Assembly: GCF_000737315.1 (NCBI RefSeq)
Contig: NZ_JMCB01000002.1
Location: forward strand, 20,001-268,000
DNA from: Hyalangium minutum
Lineage (GTDB): Bacteria; Myxococcota; Myxococcia; Myxococcales; Myxococcaceae
Direction of reading: 5' to 3'
Length of the DNA stretch: 248,000 nt
This document shows, piece after piece, positions 142,698-156,455 of this stretch; positions within the stretch are counted from its first letter, which is position 1; each line of letters starts with the position of its first letter. Below the pieces are notes generated by a model that was not told where the DNA came from, made no database searches, and was given only the letters and a program-made list of their open reading frames with translations. The position numbers were made by a program, and so were the translations under genes.

Positions 142698-142750
142698 CCT
142701 CCTCCACCACCGGCCGGGCAGCCCTGCCAACACCCCCTCGTTTCCCCTGT

Positions 142751-142780
142751 TGACGTAGGAAGATCCGAGGGTTACGAACG
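142751..142780 (+). promoter_or_regulatory. putative sigma-70 promoter of gyrA
   Basis: TTGACG-17nt-TACGAA; same TTGACGTAGGA precedes tRNA-Phe. Confidence 0.4.
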
Positions 142781-142847
142781 CTCCAACGCCGGGCGGATAG
142801 CCCCCTTCGGGCGGGCCCGCCCCCACTCTCCAGAGCGCTCCATCTCC

Positions 142848-145625
142848 ATGGCCGACGACACCACCGACAAGCCGGCAACGCCCCCCGCGCCTCCGCCTCC
142901 GGGCAGCGCTGGGGAGCTCATCCCCGTCAACATCGAAGACGAGATGCGCCGTTCGTATCTCGACTACTCCATGTCCGTCATCATCGGGCGCGCCCTGCCC
143001 GATGTGCGTGACGGACTGAAGCCCGTGCACCGCCGCATCCTCTTCGCGATGCACGAGCTGGGGAACACCCACAACCGCGCGTACAAGAAGTCCGCCCGCG
143101 TGGTGGGTGACGTGATTGGTAAGTACCACCCCCACGGTGACAGCGCCGTCTATGACGCGATGGTGCGTCTGGCTCAGGAGTGGAGCCTGCGCTACCTGCT
143201 CGTGGACGGGCAGGGCAACTTCGGCAGCGTCGACGGCGACTCGCCCGCGGCCATGCGTTACACGGAAGTGCGCATGGACCGCCTGGCCGAGGAGCTGCTG
143301 GCGGACATCGACAAGGAGACGGTCGGATTCGGGCCCAACTACGACGACTCGCTGACCGAGCCGCTCGTGATGCCCACGAAGTTCCCCAACCTCCTGGTCA
143401 ACGGCAGCAGCGGCATCGCCGTGGGCATGACGACGAACATCCCGCCCCACAACATGGGCGAGGTGATCGACGGCACGCTGCACCTCATCGACAACCCGGA
143501 CGCCACCGTCCAGGACCTGATGAAGTTCATCCCGGGCCCGGACTTCCCCACCGCCGGCATGATTACCGGCCGCGAGGGCATCCTCCGCGCCTACACCACG
143601 GGCCGCGGGCAGATCACCCTGCGTGGCAAGACGGAGATCGAGGAGAGCAAGAAGGGCGACCGTGAGGCCATCATCATCACGGAGATCCCCTACCAGGTGA
143701 ACAAGGCGCGGCTCATCGAGAAGATCGCCGACCTGGTGCGCGAGAAGAAGCTGGAGGGCATCAGCGACATCCGCGACGAGAGCGACCGGCAGGGCATGCG
143801 CATCGTCGTGGAGCTCAAGCGCGATGCCATCTCGGGCGTGGTGCTCAACAACCTGTACGCCACCACCCCGCTGGAGACGACGTTCGGCGCGGTGATGCTG
143901 GCCATCGACGGCGGCCAGCCGCGCACGCTCACACTCAAGGAGCTGCTGGACCGGTTCATCGCCCACCGCCGCGACGTCATCACCCGCCGCAGCCGCTATG
144001 AGCTGAAGAAGGCGCTGGCCCGCCTCCACATCGTGGAAGGCTTGCTCGTCGCGCAGGATCTCATCGACCTGGTGGTCAGCCTCATCCGCGCCTCGAAGGA
144101 TCCAGACGAGGCGCGCTGGGGCCTGATGCACATCCTGGCTCCGGCGCTCTACGAGCACGAGCGCTTCCGCAACCTGCCGCGCATCGACTACGCGCAGGCG
144201 GCGGCACAGATGGAGCTGCTGGTCAGCCGCGCCAAGGCCGAGGAGCCCAACTACGGCGGCCTGGAGCACAAGTACGCGGGCGCGGGCTTCAGCGAGGACC
144301 AGGCGCAGAACATCCTCGAGATGCGCCTGCAGCGCCTCACCGGCATGCAGCGCGAAGAGCTCTTCAAGGAGCTGCTCGCCCTGGTGCGCGACATTGCCCG
144401 GCTGCGGGACATCCTCGCCAACGAGCGCAGCCTGCTCAACGTCATCAAGACGGAGCTGCACGACATCCGCGCCCGCTACAGCGACAAGCGCCGCACCGAA
144501 ATCACCGGCGAGGTCTCCGAGATTACGAGCGAGGACCTCATCGCCGAGGAGGACATGGTCGTCACCCTGTCCCATACCGGCTACGTGAAGCGCTCGCCGC
144601 TGAGCGAGTACCGCGCCCAGAAGCGCGGCGGACGGGGCAAGACGGGCGCCGCGACGAAGGAAGACGATTTCGTCACGGACCTGTTCGTGGCCAGCACCCA
144701 CGCGTTCCTCATGCCCATCACCACCAAGGGCAAGCTGTACTCGCTGAAGGTGCACCAGATTCCGCAGGCCAGCCGCACCTCGCGCGGCAAGGCCATCATC
144801 AACCTCATTCAGTTCGGCGAGGGCGAGAAGCTGGCCCAGGTGCTCGTGACGAAGGACTTCCCGGAGAACCGGTACGTCTTCTTCGTCACCAAGCGCGGCG
144901 TGGTGAAGCGCACGGACTTGAGCGCGTTCGCCAACGTGCGCATCAGCGGCATCATCGCGCTGGGCATCGACGAGGGCGATGAGCTGGTGGCGGTGAAGAT
145001 CACCGACGGCAGCAAGGACATCCTCCTGTCCACCGCGCAGGGCATGAGCATCCGCTTCCCGGAGGACGAGGTGCGCTCCATGGGCCGCCAGGCCTACGGC
145101 GTGAAGGGCATCACGCTGGAGGAGGGCGACGAGGTGGTGGGCGCGGACGTGGTGGAGAAGGGCAACACCATCCTTACGGTGACGGAGAACGGCTACGGCA
145201 AGCGCACCGAGGAGGCCGAGTACCGCATCCAGGGCCGCGGCGGTAAGGGCATCATCGACATCAAGACCACCGAGCGGAACGGCAAGGTGGTGGGCCTGGT
145301 GCAGGTGACGGACGGCGACGAGGTGATGCTCGTCACCAACGGCGGCATGCTCATCCGCATGAAGGCCAAGGAGATCTCCGTCATCGGCCGCAACACGCAG
145401 GGCGTGCGGCTCATCGCCCTGGAGAACGGTACGGAGAAGGTGACGGGCATCTCCAAGCTGCCCGAGTCCAGCAGCGAGGCCGAGGAGCCGGAGGGCGGCG
145501 GCTCCGCGGGTGGCTCCAGCGCGGACGAAGAGCAGGCTCCCGCAGCGGAGAACTCCTCCGAGATTTCGGACACCGAGGACTCCGGAAACTCCGAGCCGGG
145601 TGAGGACACTCCAGAAGAGAGTTGA
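142848..145625 (+). CDS. gyrA: DNA gyrase subunit A
   Basis: [14 protein letters not shown], GyrA-box QKRGGRG. Confidence 0.97.
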   Translation: MADDTTDKPATPPAPPPPGSAGELIPVNIEDEMRRSYLDYSMSVIIGRALPDVRDGLKPVHRRILFAMHELGNTHNRAYKKSARVVGDVIGKYHPHGDSAVYDAMVRLAQEWSLRYLLVDGQGNFGSVDGDSPAAMRYTEVRMDRLAEELLADIDKETVGFGPNYDDSLTEPLVMPTKFPNLLVNGSSGIAVGMTTNIPPHNMGEVIDGTLHLIDNPDATVQDLMKFIPGPDFPTAGMITGREGILRAYTTGRGQITLRGKTEIEESKKGDREAIIITEIPYQVNKARLIEKIADLVREKKLEGISDIRDESDRQGMRIVVELKRDAISGVVLNNLYATTPLETTFGAVMLAIDGGQPRTLTLKELLDRFIAHRRDVITRRSRYELKKALARLHIVEGLLVAQDLIDLVVSLIRASKDPDEARWGLMHILAPALYEHERFRNLPRIDYAQAAAQMELLVSRAKAEEPNYGGLEHKYAGAGFSEDQAQNILEMRLQRLTGMQREELFKELLALVRDIARLRDILANERSLLNVIKTELHDIRARYSDKRRTEITGEVSEITSEDLIAEEDMVVTLSHTGYVKRSPLSEYRAQKRGGRGKTGAATKEDDFVTDLFVASTHAFLMPITTKGKLYSLKVHQIPQASRTSRGKAIINLIQFGEGEKLAQVLVTKDFPENRYVFFVTKRGVVKRTDLSAFANVRISGIIALGIDEGDELVAVKITDGSKDILLSTAQGMSIRFPEDEVRSMGRQAYGVKGITLEEGDEVVGADVVEKGNTILTVTENGYGKRTEEAEYRIQGRGGKGIIDIKTTERNGKVVGLVQVTDGDEVMLVTNGGMLIRMKAKEISVIGRNTQGVRLIALENGTEKVTGISKLPESSSEAEEPEGGGSAGGSSADEEQAPAAENSSEISDTEDSGNSEPGEDTPEES

Positions 145626-145727
145626 TTTGCGGGTTTTCCCAGCCTGGCGGGGCATGTGAGGGCAATCCCCCCGTGTGCCTCGGCAGGCCTGGGTGTTCTA
145701 ATGAGACCAGGAGGTCTCCGGAACACC

Positions 145728-146945
145728 ATGGGAGATTCCATCAGCCAGGGGGCAGTCTCGGAGCCGCGGATCTCGGATGACTCACTGGGCGTCCAGCTCG
145801 AGGTGGCGGAGGAGCGTCTCCGCATCGTGCTCGGGCTCACGGACGGCATCGTCTTCGAGTTCGACCAGGACGGGCGCTACGTCGGCATCTGGACCCGGTC
145901 GGACGAGCTGCTGTCCATGCCGCGCGAGCAGGCGCTGGGCCGCACCTTGATGGAGGTCCACGGCCCCCAGGGCGGCGCGTTCTTCATGGAGCGCCTGAAG
146001 CAGACCCTTGAGACGAAGCAGCCCGTGCGCTTCGAGTACAGCCTGGAGGTGGTGGGTGGGCACCACTGGTTCGCCGCGGAGTCCATGCTGGTGCCGAACC
146101 GGCCCACGGTGGCCTTCCTGGTGCGCGACATCACCCAGCAGAAGTCCATGGAGCAGCGGCTCATCCAGGCGGATCGGCTGGCGTCCCTGGGCACGCTGGC
146201 GGCGGGCGTGGCCCACGAGGTGAACAACCCGCTGAGCTACGTCTCCTCGAACCTCAACTTCATCGCGGAGAGCCTGACGTCGGTGCGGCAGGCGCTGAAC
146301 AGCGGGGAAGGGGTGGTCGACGCGGCCTATCTGGATCGCCTGCTGGCGGAGTGCGCGGAGGCGCTCGATGAGGCGCGGGAGGGCACCACCCGCATCCGGC
146401 ATGTGGTCGGAGATTTGAAGACGTTCGCTCGCGGCCAGGAGTCGGAGGACGGGCTGGCGAACGTGAAGCGGGCCCTGGAGTCCTCGCTGAGCCTGGTGAT
146501 GCCGGAGCTGCGCTACCGGGCCCGGCTGAACCGGAACCTGGAAGAGGTGCCCCCGGTGCGAGGCAATGAGGCCCGGCTGGGGCAGGTGTTCCTCAACCTG
146601 CTGATCAACGCCTCCCAGGCCATCGTGGCGGGGGCTCCGGACCGGAACCAGGTGGACGTTCACCTGCGCGAGGAGGGGCACTGGGTGGTCATCGAAGTCC
146701 AGGACACCGGGCACGGGATTCCGGCGGATCTGTTGAAGCTCATCTTCGATCCGTTCTTCTCGACGAAGCCGGTGGGTGTGGGCACGGGGCTGGGGCTCTC
146801 CATCTGCCATGGCATCGTGACGGGCATGGGCGGAGAGATCTCCGTGGAGAGCACCGTGGGCCGGGGGACGTGCTTCCGGGTGCGGCTGCCGATTCCCGCT
146901 CAGGTGCTGGCGTCCATGCGCCCCAAGGCGCTGGCGGCTTCCTGA
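145728..146945 (+). CDS. PAS histidine kinase (NtrB-like)
   Basis: AHEVNNP, GTGLGL. Confidence 0.9.
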   Translation: MGDSISQGAVSEPRISDDSLGVQLEVAEERLRIVLGLTDGIVFEFDQDGRYVGIWTRSDELLSMPREQALGRTLMEVHGPQGGAFFMERLKQTLETKQPVRFEYSLEVVGGHHWFAAESMLVPNRPTVAFLVRDITQQKSMEQRLIQADRLASLGTLAAGVAHEVNNPLSYVSSNLNFIAESLTSVRQALNSGEGVVDAAYLDRLLAECAEALDEAREGTTRIRHVVGDLKTFARGQESEDGLANVKRALESSLSLVMPELRYRARLNRNLEEVPPVRGNEARLGQVFLNLLINASQAIVAGAPDRNQVDVHLREEGHWVVIEVQDTGHGIPADLLKLIFDPFFSTKPVGVGTGLGLSICHGIVTGMGGEISVESTVGRGTCFRVRLPIPAQVLASMRPKALAAS

Positions 146946-146955
146946 AGCGCGGGCG

Positions 146956-147840
146956 TTACGGCTTCGCTGCCTTGCGCAGGGTCGAGGCCCCCTCGGCGAT
147001 GGCCTCGTCGAGTTGGGCTCCCGCCTTCCCGAACCCTCGCCTCTGGAGCTGGCGGTAGAGCGAGGAGAGCTGGCGGCCGGCCTTCGAGGCGAGCGAGTTC
147101 AGCTCCGGGCTTCGGCCATGCAGCGTCTCCGTCAGTACGTGGAGGTCGTGCATGTCTCCCAGGGTGTCTTGGAGGGCCTTGAGGCGCTCGAGGAGCTTGG
147201 GGGCGCCGTGCAGTTCCTCGAAAGGCTCCAGCAGGTAGCGCGCGCGCTTGGCGGTGATGCGGGCCTCGTGGCAGCGCTCGACGTCGGAGGGGCCCTGGAT
147301 GCGGTCCAGCCGCTGGCGCAGGCGCTGGCCCAGGCGCCGCAGCTTCTGGGCGGTGTACTTCCCGAAGCGGCCCTTACCGGGGGCCTTCGCGCGCTTCACC
147401 TGCCGGCGCAGGCGGTGGGCGAGGCGGGGGAAGTCCTGGGTAAACCGCTCGCGGATCTCCTGGAGGTGCTCGGCGTGGTGCTGGGTGAGGTTTGAGCGCA
147501 GGCGGGAGGCGGCGCCCGAGCGAGAGCGGCGGGCACGGGACTGCTGGGTGAGCCAGGCAGCGTGGACCTCGGCATCTCGGGCGGGGTTGGTGAGGTGGGC
147601 GAAGCCTCTCAGGGCCTCGATGCTCTTGGCAGACACGGCCCCAGCGAAGAGCTTGCGGTAGGTGCGGAGGTAGGTGCGCACGTGGCGCAGCTCGACGCGC
147701 AGGTCGTGCAGGGCCTCGGTGTCACGGGAGTCGTCGAGGCGCTCGACGGTGGCCGCGGCGCGCTTCAGGTGGTGGAGCGTGAGCTTCCGGGCTCCATGCA
147801 CCGCCGTCATGCGCGCGAGCTTCTTGGAGGTGGGCGCCAC
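146956..147840 (-). CDS. CHAD domain protein
   Basis: EALHDLRV, ARDAEV, HEARITAKRARY. Confidence 0.88.
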   Translation of the reverse strand: MAPTSKKLARMTAVHGARKLTLHHLKRAAATVERLDDSRDTEALHDLRVELRHVRTYLRTYRKLFAGAVSAKSIEALRGFAHLTNPARDAEVHAAWLTQQSRARRSRSGAASRLRSNLTQHHAEHLQEIRERFTQDFPRLAHRLRRQVKRAKAPGKGRFGKYTAQKLRRLGQRLRQRLDRIQGPSDVERCHEARITAKRARYLLEPFEELHGAPKLLERLKALQDTLGDMHDLHVLTETLHGRSPELNSLASKAGRQLSSLYRQLQRRGFGKAGAQLDEAIAEGASTLRKAAKP

Positions 147841-148090
147841 GGAATCTCTCCCCGCCGCGCGCTGGGCGCGGCCATGCGGATCCGAACCTCAAAGCTTCCA
147901 GCAGGAACAGCCAGAGGACAGCAGGTCCGCGCTGGAGCGTGCAGGAGGTGACAGTGGGTGGAGGGAGGTGGCGAGCAGGGAAGGGCGCTGCAAAGCTCAC
148001 ATGCAAACAGGGGGCTTGGTTGCTCGGGGAGGTGGCGGGCGGAGGCGGACGAGGTGCAATGAATCTGACCGCTCATCCGTAGGAGGAGAC

Positions 148091-148393
148091 ATGAACATCA
148101 CGGGTCTTCGTGGAATGGGGTCCCGGTTCGTCCGGTACCTGAGCGACGGTCGAGTCCCCCTGTGGAAGAAGCTCGCGGGGTTGCTGGCGGTGGTCTACTT
148201 CCTGTCTCCGGTGGACGCGATCCCGGACTTCATCCCCATCCTGGGGTGGCTGGACGATTTGGGCGTGCTGTCGGCCGCGGCCTTCTGGATGGCGCGGCAG
148301 GTGCAGCAGTACCGCCCCGAGCCCACGCCGGACGGGATGCCGAGAGATCTCGAGGGCCGCCCGCGCTTTCCTCCCGCGCGCGACCCTGCCTGA
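148091..148393 (+). CDS. YkvA/DUF1232 family
   Basis: YFLSPVDAIPDFIPILGWLDD. Confidence 0.9.
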   Translation: MNITGLRGMGSRFVRYLSDGRVPLWKKLAGLLAVVYFLSPVDAIPDFIPILGWLDDLGVLSAAAFWMARQVQQYRPEPTPDGMPRDLEGRPRFPPARDPA

Positions 148394-148401
148394 GCGAGCG
148401 C

Positions 148402-149151
148402 TCACGCCGCCTTGCCGACCGCCTCGCGCCACGCCGCGAGGATGTGCTCGGCGATCTCGGGCACGCCGATGTCCTTGTTCACCTGCGTGAAGAGGAACGG
148501 GCCGTCGCCCCGCATCTTGCGTGAGTCGCGGTCCATCACGCCCAGGTCCGCTCCCACGTGCGGTGCCAGGTCCTTCTTGTTGATGACCAGCAGGTCCGAC
148601 TGGGTGATGCCCGGCCCGCCCTTGCGCGGCACCTTGTCTCCCCCTGCCACGTCGATGACGTAGATCGTGTAGTCGACCAGCTCCCGGCTGTACTGCGCCG
148701 CCAGGTTGTCTCCGCCGCTCTCGACGATGAGCAGCTCCGGCTTCACGTCGTGCATCAGCCCTTCGAGCGCGTCGAGGTTGTGGCTGATGTCCTCGCGGAT
148801 CGCCGCGTGAGGGCAGCCGCCCGTCTCCACCGCCCGGATCCGCTCGGAAGGCAGCGCCTTGTTGCGGTGGAGGAACTCGGCGTCCTCCTTCGTGAAGATG
148901 TCGTTCGTCACGACGCCCAGCGAGTACTTGTCCCGGAGGTGCCGGCACAGCGCCAGTACCAGCGCTGTCTTTCCGCTCCCCACCGGCCCTCCGATGCCCA
149001 CCGTGAACGAGCGCTGATGGTAGTCGCGCGGGAGCCGCGGCTCGCGCTCCCGGAACAGGCCAGGGCCCGACCAGTGCTCGTGGGTATGCCCGTGGTCATG
149101 GTCGTGGCTGTGCCCGTGGTCATGGTCGTGGTCGTGATCGTGGTCGTGCAT
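148402..149151 (-). CDS. ureG: urease accessory GTPase with His-rich N-terminus
   Basis: [17 protein letters not shown]. Confidence 0.95.
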   Translation of the reverse strand: MHDHDHDHDHDHGHSHDHDHGHTHEHWSGPGLFREREPRLPRDYHQRSFTVGIGGPVGSGKTALVLALCRHLRDKYSLGVVTNDIFTKEDAEFLHRNKALPSERIRAVETGGCPHAAIREDISHNLDALEGLMHDVKPELLIVESGGDNLAAQYSRELVDYTIYVIDVAGGDKVPRKGGPGITQSDLLVINKKDLAPHVGADLGVMDRDSRKMRGDGPFLFTQVNKDIGVPEIAEHILAAWREAVGKAA

Positions 149152-149159
149152 GGTGCTCC

Positions 149160-149825
149160 TCAGGACAGGAACAGACGGGAATAGAGACGATCGTGGGTGG
149201 CGCCGAGCAGATCCACGAGCGGCGCAGGCTGTGACAGCTCGTTCAGGCCCAGGGCCCCACAGCGTTCGAGCACGGCGCCCAGAACGCCCGTCAGCTCGTC
149301 ATGGAGGCGCTGCGCCTCGTGCGGACCGAGCAGCCCCAGCCGCACCGCGGCCGAGGCCACCCCGCGCAGCGCCAGGTGCAGGAACAGCTCCTGCGCTTGG
149401 TCGAGCGGCACTGCAAGGGTCCGCAGCGTGATGCCGAACATGGGCGCGTAGTGCGCCCTCAGGGTCCGCGCGCGGATGGCGGCGTGGAGCTGTTGCAGCT
149501 CCGCCTCGGAGAAGATGCGCGCCGCGGTGGCCACCAGCGTCCGCCCCTGCGTCCGGCTGGTTCGGTTGGCCACGTGGTTGGAGAGGAACGCGTCGCACCA
149601 CGCGTCCAGCCGGGCCGGGCCAGCGTCTGGGCCGTAGGCGGCGCGGAGAAACGGCAGGCTCCCATGGCCGGCCTGCCAGAGCACTCCCTCGATGAAGGTG
149701 CGCAGGGCCGCCGCGTCCGGCACCTCGCCCTGTTGCGCGGCCGCCTCCAGCCCGGCGGAGTGCGAGAAGCCTCCGGTCGGAAAGGCCGAGTCAGCGAGCT
149801 GCAGCACGCGCCAGCGGGTCGTCAT
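149160..149825 (-). CDS. ureF: urease accessory protein
   Basis: [21 protein letters not shown]. Confidence 0.93.
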   Translation of the reverse strand: MTTRWRVLQLADSAFPTGGFSHSAGLEAAAQQGEVPDAAALRTFIEGVLWQAGHGSLPFLRAAYGPDAGPARLDAWCDAFLSNHVANRTSRTQGRTLVATAARIFSEAELQQLHAAIRARTLRAHYAPMFGITLRTLAVPLDQAQELFLHLALRGVASAAVRLGLLGPHEAQRLHDELTGVLGAVLERCGALGLNELSQPAPLVDLLGATHDRLYSRLFLS

Positions 149826-149829
149826 GCGC

Positions 149830-151541
<1,712 letters not shown>

Positions 151542-151545
<4 letters not shown>

Positions 151546-152219
151546 GGCGTGCCTCCTGCCTGCTGCGTGGGAGCAACGGGAACGAGCGTCACCGTCTTCC
151601 GGTCCCCGGGCTCGAAGCGCACCGCCGTGCCCGAGGGGATGTCCAGCCGCATCCCCGTGGCCTGGGCCCGGTCGAACTCGAGCGCGCGGTTGGTGTGCTC
151701 GAAGGGATAGTGGCTGCCCACCTGGATGGGGCGGTCCCCCTTGTTCTCCACCGCGAGCGTCACGCGCGGGCGGCCCGGGTTGAGGGCAATCTCTCCCGCC
151801 TTCGTGAGCACTTCGCCCGGAGTGGGCTCAACCGCCGCTGGGGTTGCCGCGAACACCGAGGCCGCGGGCACCGGCAGGAAGCTCCCGTAGAGCGCCAGCG
151901 CCAGGTCCCCCTGCTCGAGCGAGATGGGGTGGTGGACGGTGACGAGCTTGGTGCCGTCCGGGAACGTGCCCTCCACCTGCACCTCGGCGACCAGCTCCGG
152001 GACGCCGGGCAGCACCTGCGCCCGGCCCAGCATCCGCCGGCCCACATCCATCAGCTCGGCGACGGAGCGCCCATCCCGGATGAGCTCCAGCAGTTGGGTG
152101 GAGATGAGAGCGATGGCCTCGGGGTAGTTGAGCCGAAGTCCTCGAGCCAGCCGCTTCTGCGCCAGGAAGCCGGCAGCGTGCAGCGTGAGCTTGTCCAACT
152201 CGCGCGGGACCAGATGCAT
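151542..152219 (-). CDS. ureA: fused urease gamma/beta subunit
   Basis: [11 protein letters not shown] (gamma) plus [10 protein letters not shown] (beta). Confidence 0.93.
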
Positions 152220-152279
152220 GGAGGGGGTCTCCCTTGAGACAACCTGACGCGTTCATCATGGTGCGCTGCGTCAGCGAAG

Positions 152280-153119
152280 TCACCATTTCCGTGCGAGAGG
152301 GTCGTCTCCCAGCAGCGAGGGCAGGGTCCGCAGGCGGGAGCGCACGGCGGACAGGGCCTCCTCCACGGAGGTGGCGGCCACGCGCAGCAGGGCGCCGTCT
152401 TCTCCCAAGGGACTCGCAGTCTCGATGACCGAAGCCCGGCGCCGCAGCGGGGCGGGGGAAGTCAGCAGGGCTTCGCGGAGCGCCGCCACCTGCGGACCGA
152501 ACACCGCGAGCAGCGCCAGGGCCTCGAAGCGGCCCATGCGAGGGGCCAGGGCTCCCTCCTCGGGTGTGAGGCGGACCGCATCCAGCAGCAGGGGAACACC
152601 GCCGCGCTGGACGAGGAGCCGGGACAGGTAGTGAGCGAAAGCCCACCGCTCGCCTCGGGCGGCGCGCCCGCAGGTGAAGGCATCCAGCAGGACCAGGGAG
152701 GCGCTGGGAGCGAGCGTGACGGAGGTCTCCTGCTCGTAGCGAGCCCCCGTGAAGCAGGCCACCGGGTCGGGCAGCAGGACGAGCAATCCCTCCTCGCCGA
152801 CCTGGGCCTGGAGCAGCTGCCGGCAGCCACGCGGAGAGCGGTACACCTTGGTGGCGGACTGCGTGGAGAGCAGGCCCGTGGCCCGGGCCCCCACGCTCAC
152901 GTCGATGTGAAGCGAATCCCCATCCACCAGTCCGCCGCCGAAGCTGGCCAGGTAGGCCCACGCGCCGCGGCCATGGTTGCGAGGCAGCAGGAACTTGAGA
153001 GGACTGTTCGCCCGCGCGGCGCGGACAAAGGTTCCCCGTGTGCCGTGCTCGAGCGCGAGGACGCCTCGGCCGGGAACATGCTCCAGGCGGTCTTCTAAGG
153101 TGTACGCGGGGGCTTCCAT
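152280..153119 (-). CDS. ureD: urease accessory protein
   Basis: GGGLVDGD, TQSATKVY. Confidence 0.9.
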   Translation of the reverse strand: MEAPAYTLEDRLEHVPGRGVLALEHGTRGTFVRAARANSPLKFLLPRNHGRGAWAYLASFGGGLVDGDSLHIDVSVGARATGLLSTQSATKVYRSPRGCRQLLQAQVGEEGLLVLLPDPVACFTGARYEQETSVTLAPSASLVLLDAFTCGRAARGERWAFAHYLSRLLVQRGGVPLLLDAVRLTPEEGALAPRMGRFEALALLAVFGPQVAALREALLTSPAPLRRRASVIETASPLGEDGALLRVAATSVEEALSAVRSRLRTLPSLLGDDPLARKW

Positions 153120-153127
153120 GGTGCTGC

Positions 153128-153757
153128 TCAGCCGTCCCGGTTCTCGAAGTGGACGAAGTCGAGCAGGAACGTGGCGGCCATCACCAGGGTGCGCAGCCGC
153201 GCGTCGCGGAGGTTCTCGAAGGTGACGCCGAAGTTGTCCGCGTCCGTGAACAGCTCCTTGCCGAGGCCGCTCCAGCGCTTCTGGATGAGGCCCACCTCTT
153301 GGCCGTTCTGCTCGATGTGGAACGTCCACGGCTTGAAGAAAGGGCCGCGCAGCGTGGCCAGCAGCTCGCCCGAGGGGCCCAGCACGTCATAGAGCCGGGC
153401 GAAGAAGGCGAAGCGCTGGTGCACGCTGCCCAGCTTGTGGCCCTCGCCGTCCTCGATGTCCATCTGCGAGAGCCAGAACCTCCAGGGCCGCTGCAGGCGC
153501 AGCGCGGTGGCGCCCCCGGGCGTCTTCAGCTCCATGGTGAAGGGGCGGCTGGCCTTGAGGAAGCTGCGCAGCAGGAACAGGCCGAGGCCGCTGCCCACCT
153601 CGCCCGCGATGAAGAGCGCCTGCCCGTCGTCTCCCACCACCTGGTAGCGGTTGCGGCCCTCGAAGCCGACGAGGATCTCCCCCCATTCCTTGGTCTGCCG
153701 CACGCGCAGGGCGCTGTGGCGTTGGAGCACGGAGAGGGCCAGCGAGTCAGAGGGCAT
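153128..153757 (-). CDS. phospholipid scramblase family
   Basis: KRWSGLGKELFTDADNFGV. Confidence 0.85.
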   Translation of the reverse strand: MPSDSLALSVLQRHSALRVRQTKEWGEILVGFEGRNRYQVVGDDGQALFIAGEVGSGLGLFLLRSFLKASRPFTMELKTPGGATALRLQRPWRFWLSQMDIEDGEGHKLGSVHQRFAFFARLYDVLGPSGELLATLRGPFFKPWTFHIEQNGQEVGLIQKRWSGLGKELFTDADNFGVTFENLRDARLRTLVMAATFLLDFVHFENRDG

Positions 153758-153823
153758 GGAGGCCTCGGAGCAAAGGGTCGGCACACCCTAGCGCCCCGAG
153801 GCCCTCAAGTCAGGACAGAACCC

Positions 153824-156448
153824 TCACCGAGTGGCGAGAGTGTCCACGTGCTGGCGCAGCTTCGCCTCGTCGCCCATGCAGGCGCTGAGCCCCGGCAGCG
153901 GCTGGGCGGCCTGGGCAATCTTCCCGCGCGTGCGAGGCCCCGCCGCCACGAGCCACGCCACGCCCAGGGCCAGTTCGGCCACCTCGGTCACGCCGGTGAG
154001 GCCGGCGGCGAGCGAGAGCAGCGCCTCCACCGCCTTCTTCACCTGGGCGCCGTGCAGCGGGTGGTTGCTGGTGATGCCCTGGCGCAGCAGCTCCAGCAGC
154101 GCGAGCGCCGTGGCGCGGGCCTGCCGCACCGGCTCCGGTCCCGAGCCCGTGCCCGCCCAGAGCCCGCTGGCGAGCTGCTGGGACAGCAACTCAGTGGCGT
154201 CCGCGCCGTGGGCCGGTGCCTGCTCGGCGGCGGGGAGCGCCTCCTCCATTTCCATGCGGGCCGCGCCTTCGCTGGCACTCAACGCGTCGTCGTCCATGGG
154301 CTCAGGGGCGACACTCCGGCCTTTGACCATGCGCTCCAGCTCGGAGGCGGCCTCGAGGACCCGATCGGCCGCTCGGCGGAGAGCACCGGTGCTCCCATGC
154401 GCGCTGGCCGCCTTCTCCTTCGCGACGATGGGCATGGGGGCCGCGGCCATTGGCGCCGCAGCCGGACGTGCCGGAGCCGGAGGAGGAGGGCTGCCCGGGG
154501 CCGCGCCGCCCACAGCCGCGAAGGAACCGGTGATGGCCTGCTTCTTTTGGGGGGCCGCTCTGTTGCGCGGCATGACCGAGCGGCTCAGGTCCATCGAGTC
154601 CATCTTCGCCTCCTCCTGCTTCGCCGTGCCGAACATGTCCCAGCCCGCGGGAACATTCACGGGGACGACGCGCGTCTCCGGCTGGCCCGAGGCCCGGCGG
154701 TCTCCGGTGCGCTCCTCCACCACCACGAACGAGGTGTACTTGGTGACGATCTGGTGTTGGACGGCGAACTGGACGATGCGCTCCTTCATCCGCTGGGCGC
154801 GGCGCGGATCCACCAACTCCGCGGACTCCCAGGTGCGGATGCGCTCGGCGGCCCACAGCTTCTCCACGGCGGGCCGATCCGACGCCGCCGGGAAGTCCAC
154901 CGGGAGGGTGAGAGAGAAGGACTCCTGCCCCGAGCGGCCCCGGAGTGTCACCTTGCCCTGGCCCGGAGCGGTGTAGCGGCCGAACAGTGTCCACGGCACC
155001 GCGTCCACCAGCGGCGGCAGCTCGGCCGGAGCGAGCTCGGCGCCCGAGACGCCGTCGAAGCTGGCCGTCAGCTCCGTGACACGCGGGGCGAGCGCGCGGG
155101 AGAACTGGGCCACCACCTTGTCATCGATGCGCTCGCCGGGGTGGATGAACTCCACCGCGCCGCCCGTGTTCCGTGCCATGTCCTTGAGCAGCGCGTCGCT
155201 CACGTTGGTGCCGATGCCGAAGGAGTACACGCGCGTCGTCTTCCGCGCCGCGAGCACCGCCTTGAGGATCTCCGCCTCGTTGCCCACCTGTCCGTCCGTC
155301 AGCAGCACCACCACGCCGTCCGGCGCGCCCTGCACGGCGGCCAGCATGGGCTGCAGCAGCTCCGTGCCGCCCGAGGCTTGCAGCGCGGCCACCCACCGGT
155401 CCGCCTGCTCCAGCGTGTGCTGCGTGAAGACAGACGGCTCGTGGGAGAACTTCCGGAAGCTGTTCTCGAAGGCGATGATGTTGAAGCGATCGCCCTCGCG
155501 CAGGTGGCGCAGGCACAGCCGCAGCGCGCCCTGGGCCTGCGGCAGGCTCTCGCCGCCCATGGAGCCCGAGGTGTCCACCACGAACACCACCTCCTGGCGC
155601 TTGGCCGCGCCCGCCATCGCGAGCAGATCCGGCACCACGGTGAGCGCGAAGGTGCCCTCGCCCTCTCCCTTGCGGTGAGTGACGACGGTCGTCAGCGAGG
155701 CGCTCGTGTCATCGCTCCGCACGGTGATGACGAAGTCCCGGTCCAGGGCCACCTCGCCCTTGGCGAACTTCACGCGGACCTTGTGGCCGTCCTTCTCCAG
155801 GGTGAGCGCGTGCGAGGGGCTCTCCACCACCACCGCGCGGCCCAGGTCCACCAGCAGGTCCATCTTCAGGCCGTAGGCCACGTTCCCAATCGGAGGGGTG
155901 ATGCGATCGGCGTCCGGCACCTGGTTCGTGGGGCTGAACGTGCCGTGCCCCGTGCGGTCTCCCTGGCCCGAGCCCGGGATGTAGCGGGGCGCCACCAGCG
156001 TGGGCAGCATCCACCGCACGCTGCCTTCTTCCACTTGGATGGCCTGGAGGAACTCCACCTCGACGAGCGTCTCCTCGTTCGGCAGCAGGTTGCCCACCTG
156101 GGCGGTGAAGACGTTGGGGCGCTCCTGGTCGAGCAGTGCGGCGCCGTGGCCCGCGGTGATGGCGTCGTCATAGTCCTGGAACGCCTTCTCGCGCTCCTTC
156201 ACCACGCCCTGCACCTTGCGGCCGTTGCACTCCATGGAGAAGCCGATGAGCGTCCCGTCCGAGGGGAGCGGGAAGATATAGACGGCCTCTACGGGCCGGC
156301 TCTCGGTGTTGCGGTAGCGCTGGCGCACGCGCACCCGCGCATGACCGCCGAGCAGCTCACCGGTGACTTCCACGCCCTGCAGAGGGATCTGCGCGCCGCT
156401 CCGCATGAACAGCCCGCACTTCAACTGGCCTGCCGTCTCGATGGTCAT
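153824..156448 (-). CDS. VIT-VWA domain protein
   Basis: EAVYIFPLP, DTSGSM. Confidence 0.88.
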   Translation of the reverse strand: MTIETAGQLKCGLFMRSGAQIPLQGVEVTGELLGGHARVRVRQRYRNTESRPVEAVYIFPLPSDGTLIGFSMECNGRKVQGVVKEREKAFQDYDDAITAGHGAALLDQERPNVFTAQVGNLLPNEETLVEVEFLQAIQVEEGSVRWMLPTLVAPRYIPGSGQGDRTGHGTFSPTNQVPDADRITPPIGNVAYGLKMDLLVDLGRAVVVESPSHALTLEKDGHKVRVKFAKGEVALDRDFVITVRSDDTSASLTTVVTHRKGEGEGTFALTVVPDLLAMAGAAKRQEVVFVVDTSGSMGGESLPQAQGALRLCLRHLREGDRFNIIAFENSFRKFSHEPSVFTQHTLEQADRWVAALQASGGTELLQPMLAAVQGAPDGVVVLLTDGQVGNEAEILKAVLAARKTTRVYSFGIGTNVSDALLKDMARNTGGAVEFIHPGERIDDKVVAQFSRALAPRVTELTASFDGVSGAELAPAELPPLVDAVPWTLFGRYTAPGQGKVTLRGRSGQESFSLTLPVDFPAASDRPAVEKLWAAERIRTWESAELVDPRRAQRMKERIVQFAVQHQIVTKYTSFVVVEERTGDRRASGQPETRVVPVNVPAGWDMFGTAKQEEAKMDSMDLSRSVMPRNRAAPQKKQAITGSFAAVGGAAPGSPPPPAPARPAAAPMAAAPMPIVAKEKAASAHGSTGALRRAADRVLEAASELERMVKGRSVAPEPMDDDALSASEGAARMEMEEALPAAEQAPAHGADATELLSQQLASGLWAGTGSGPEPVRQARATALALLELLRQGITSNHPLHGAQVKKAVEALLSLAAGLTGVTEVAELALGVAWLVAAGPRTRGKIAQAAQPLPGLSACMGDEAKLRQHVDTLATR

Positions 156449-156455
156449 CTGGCTT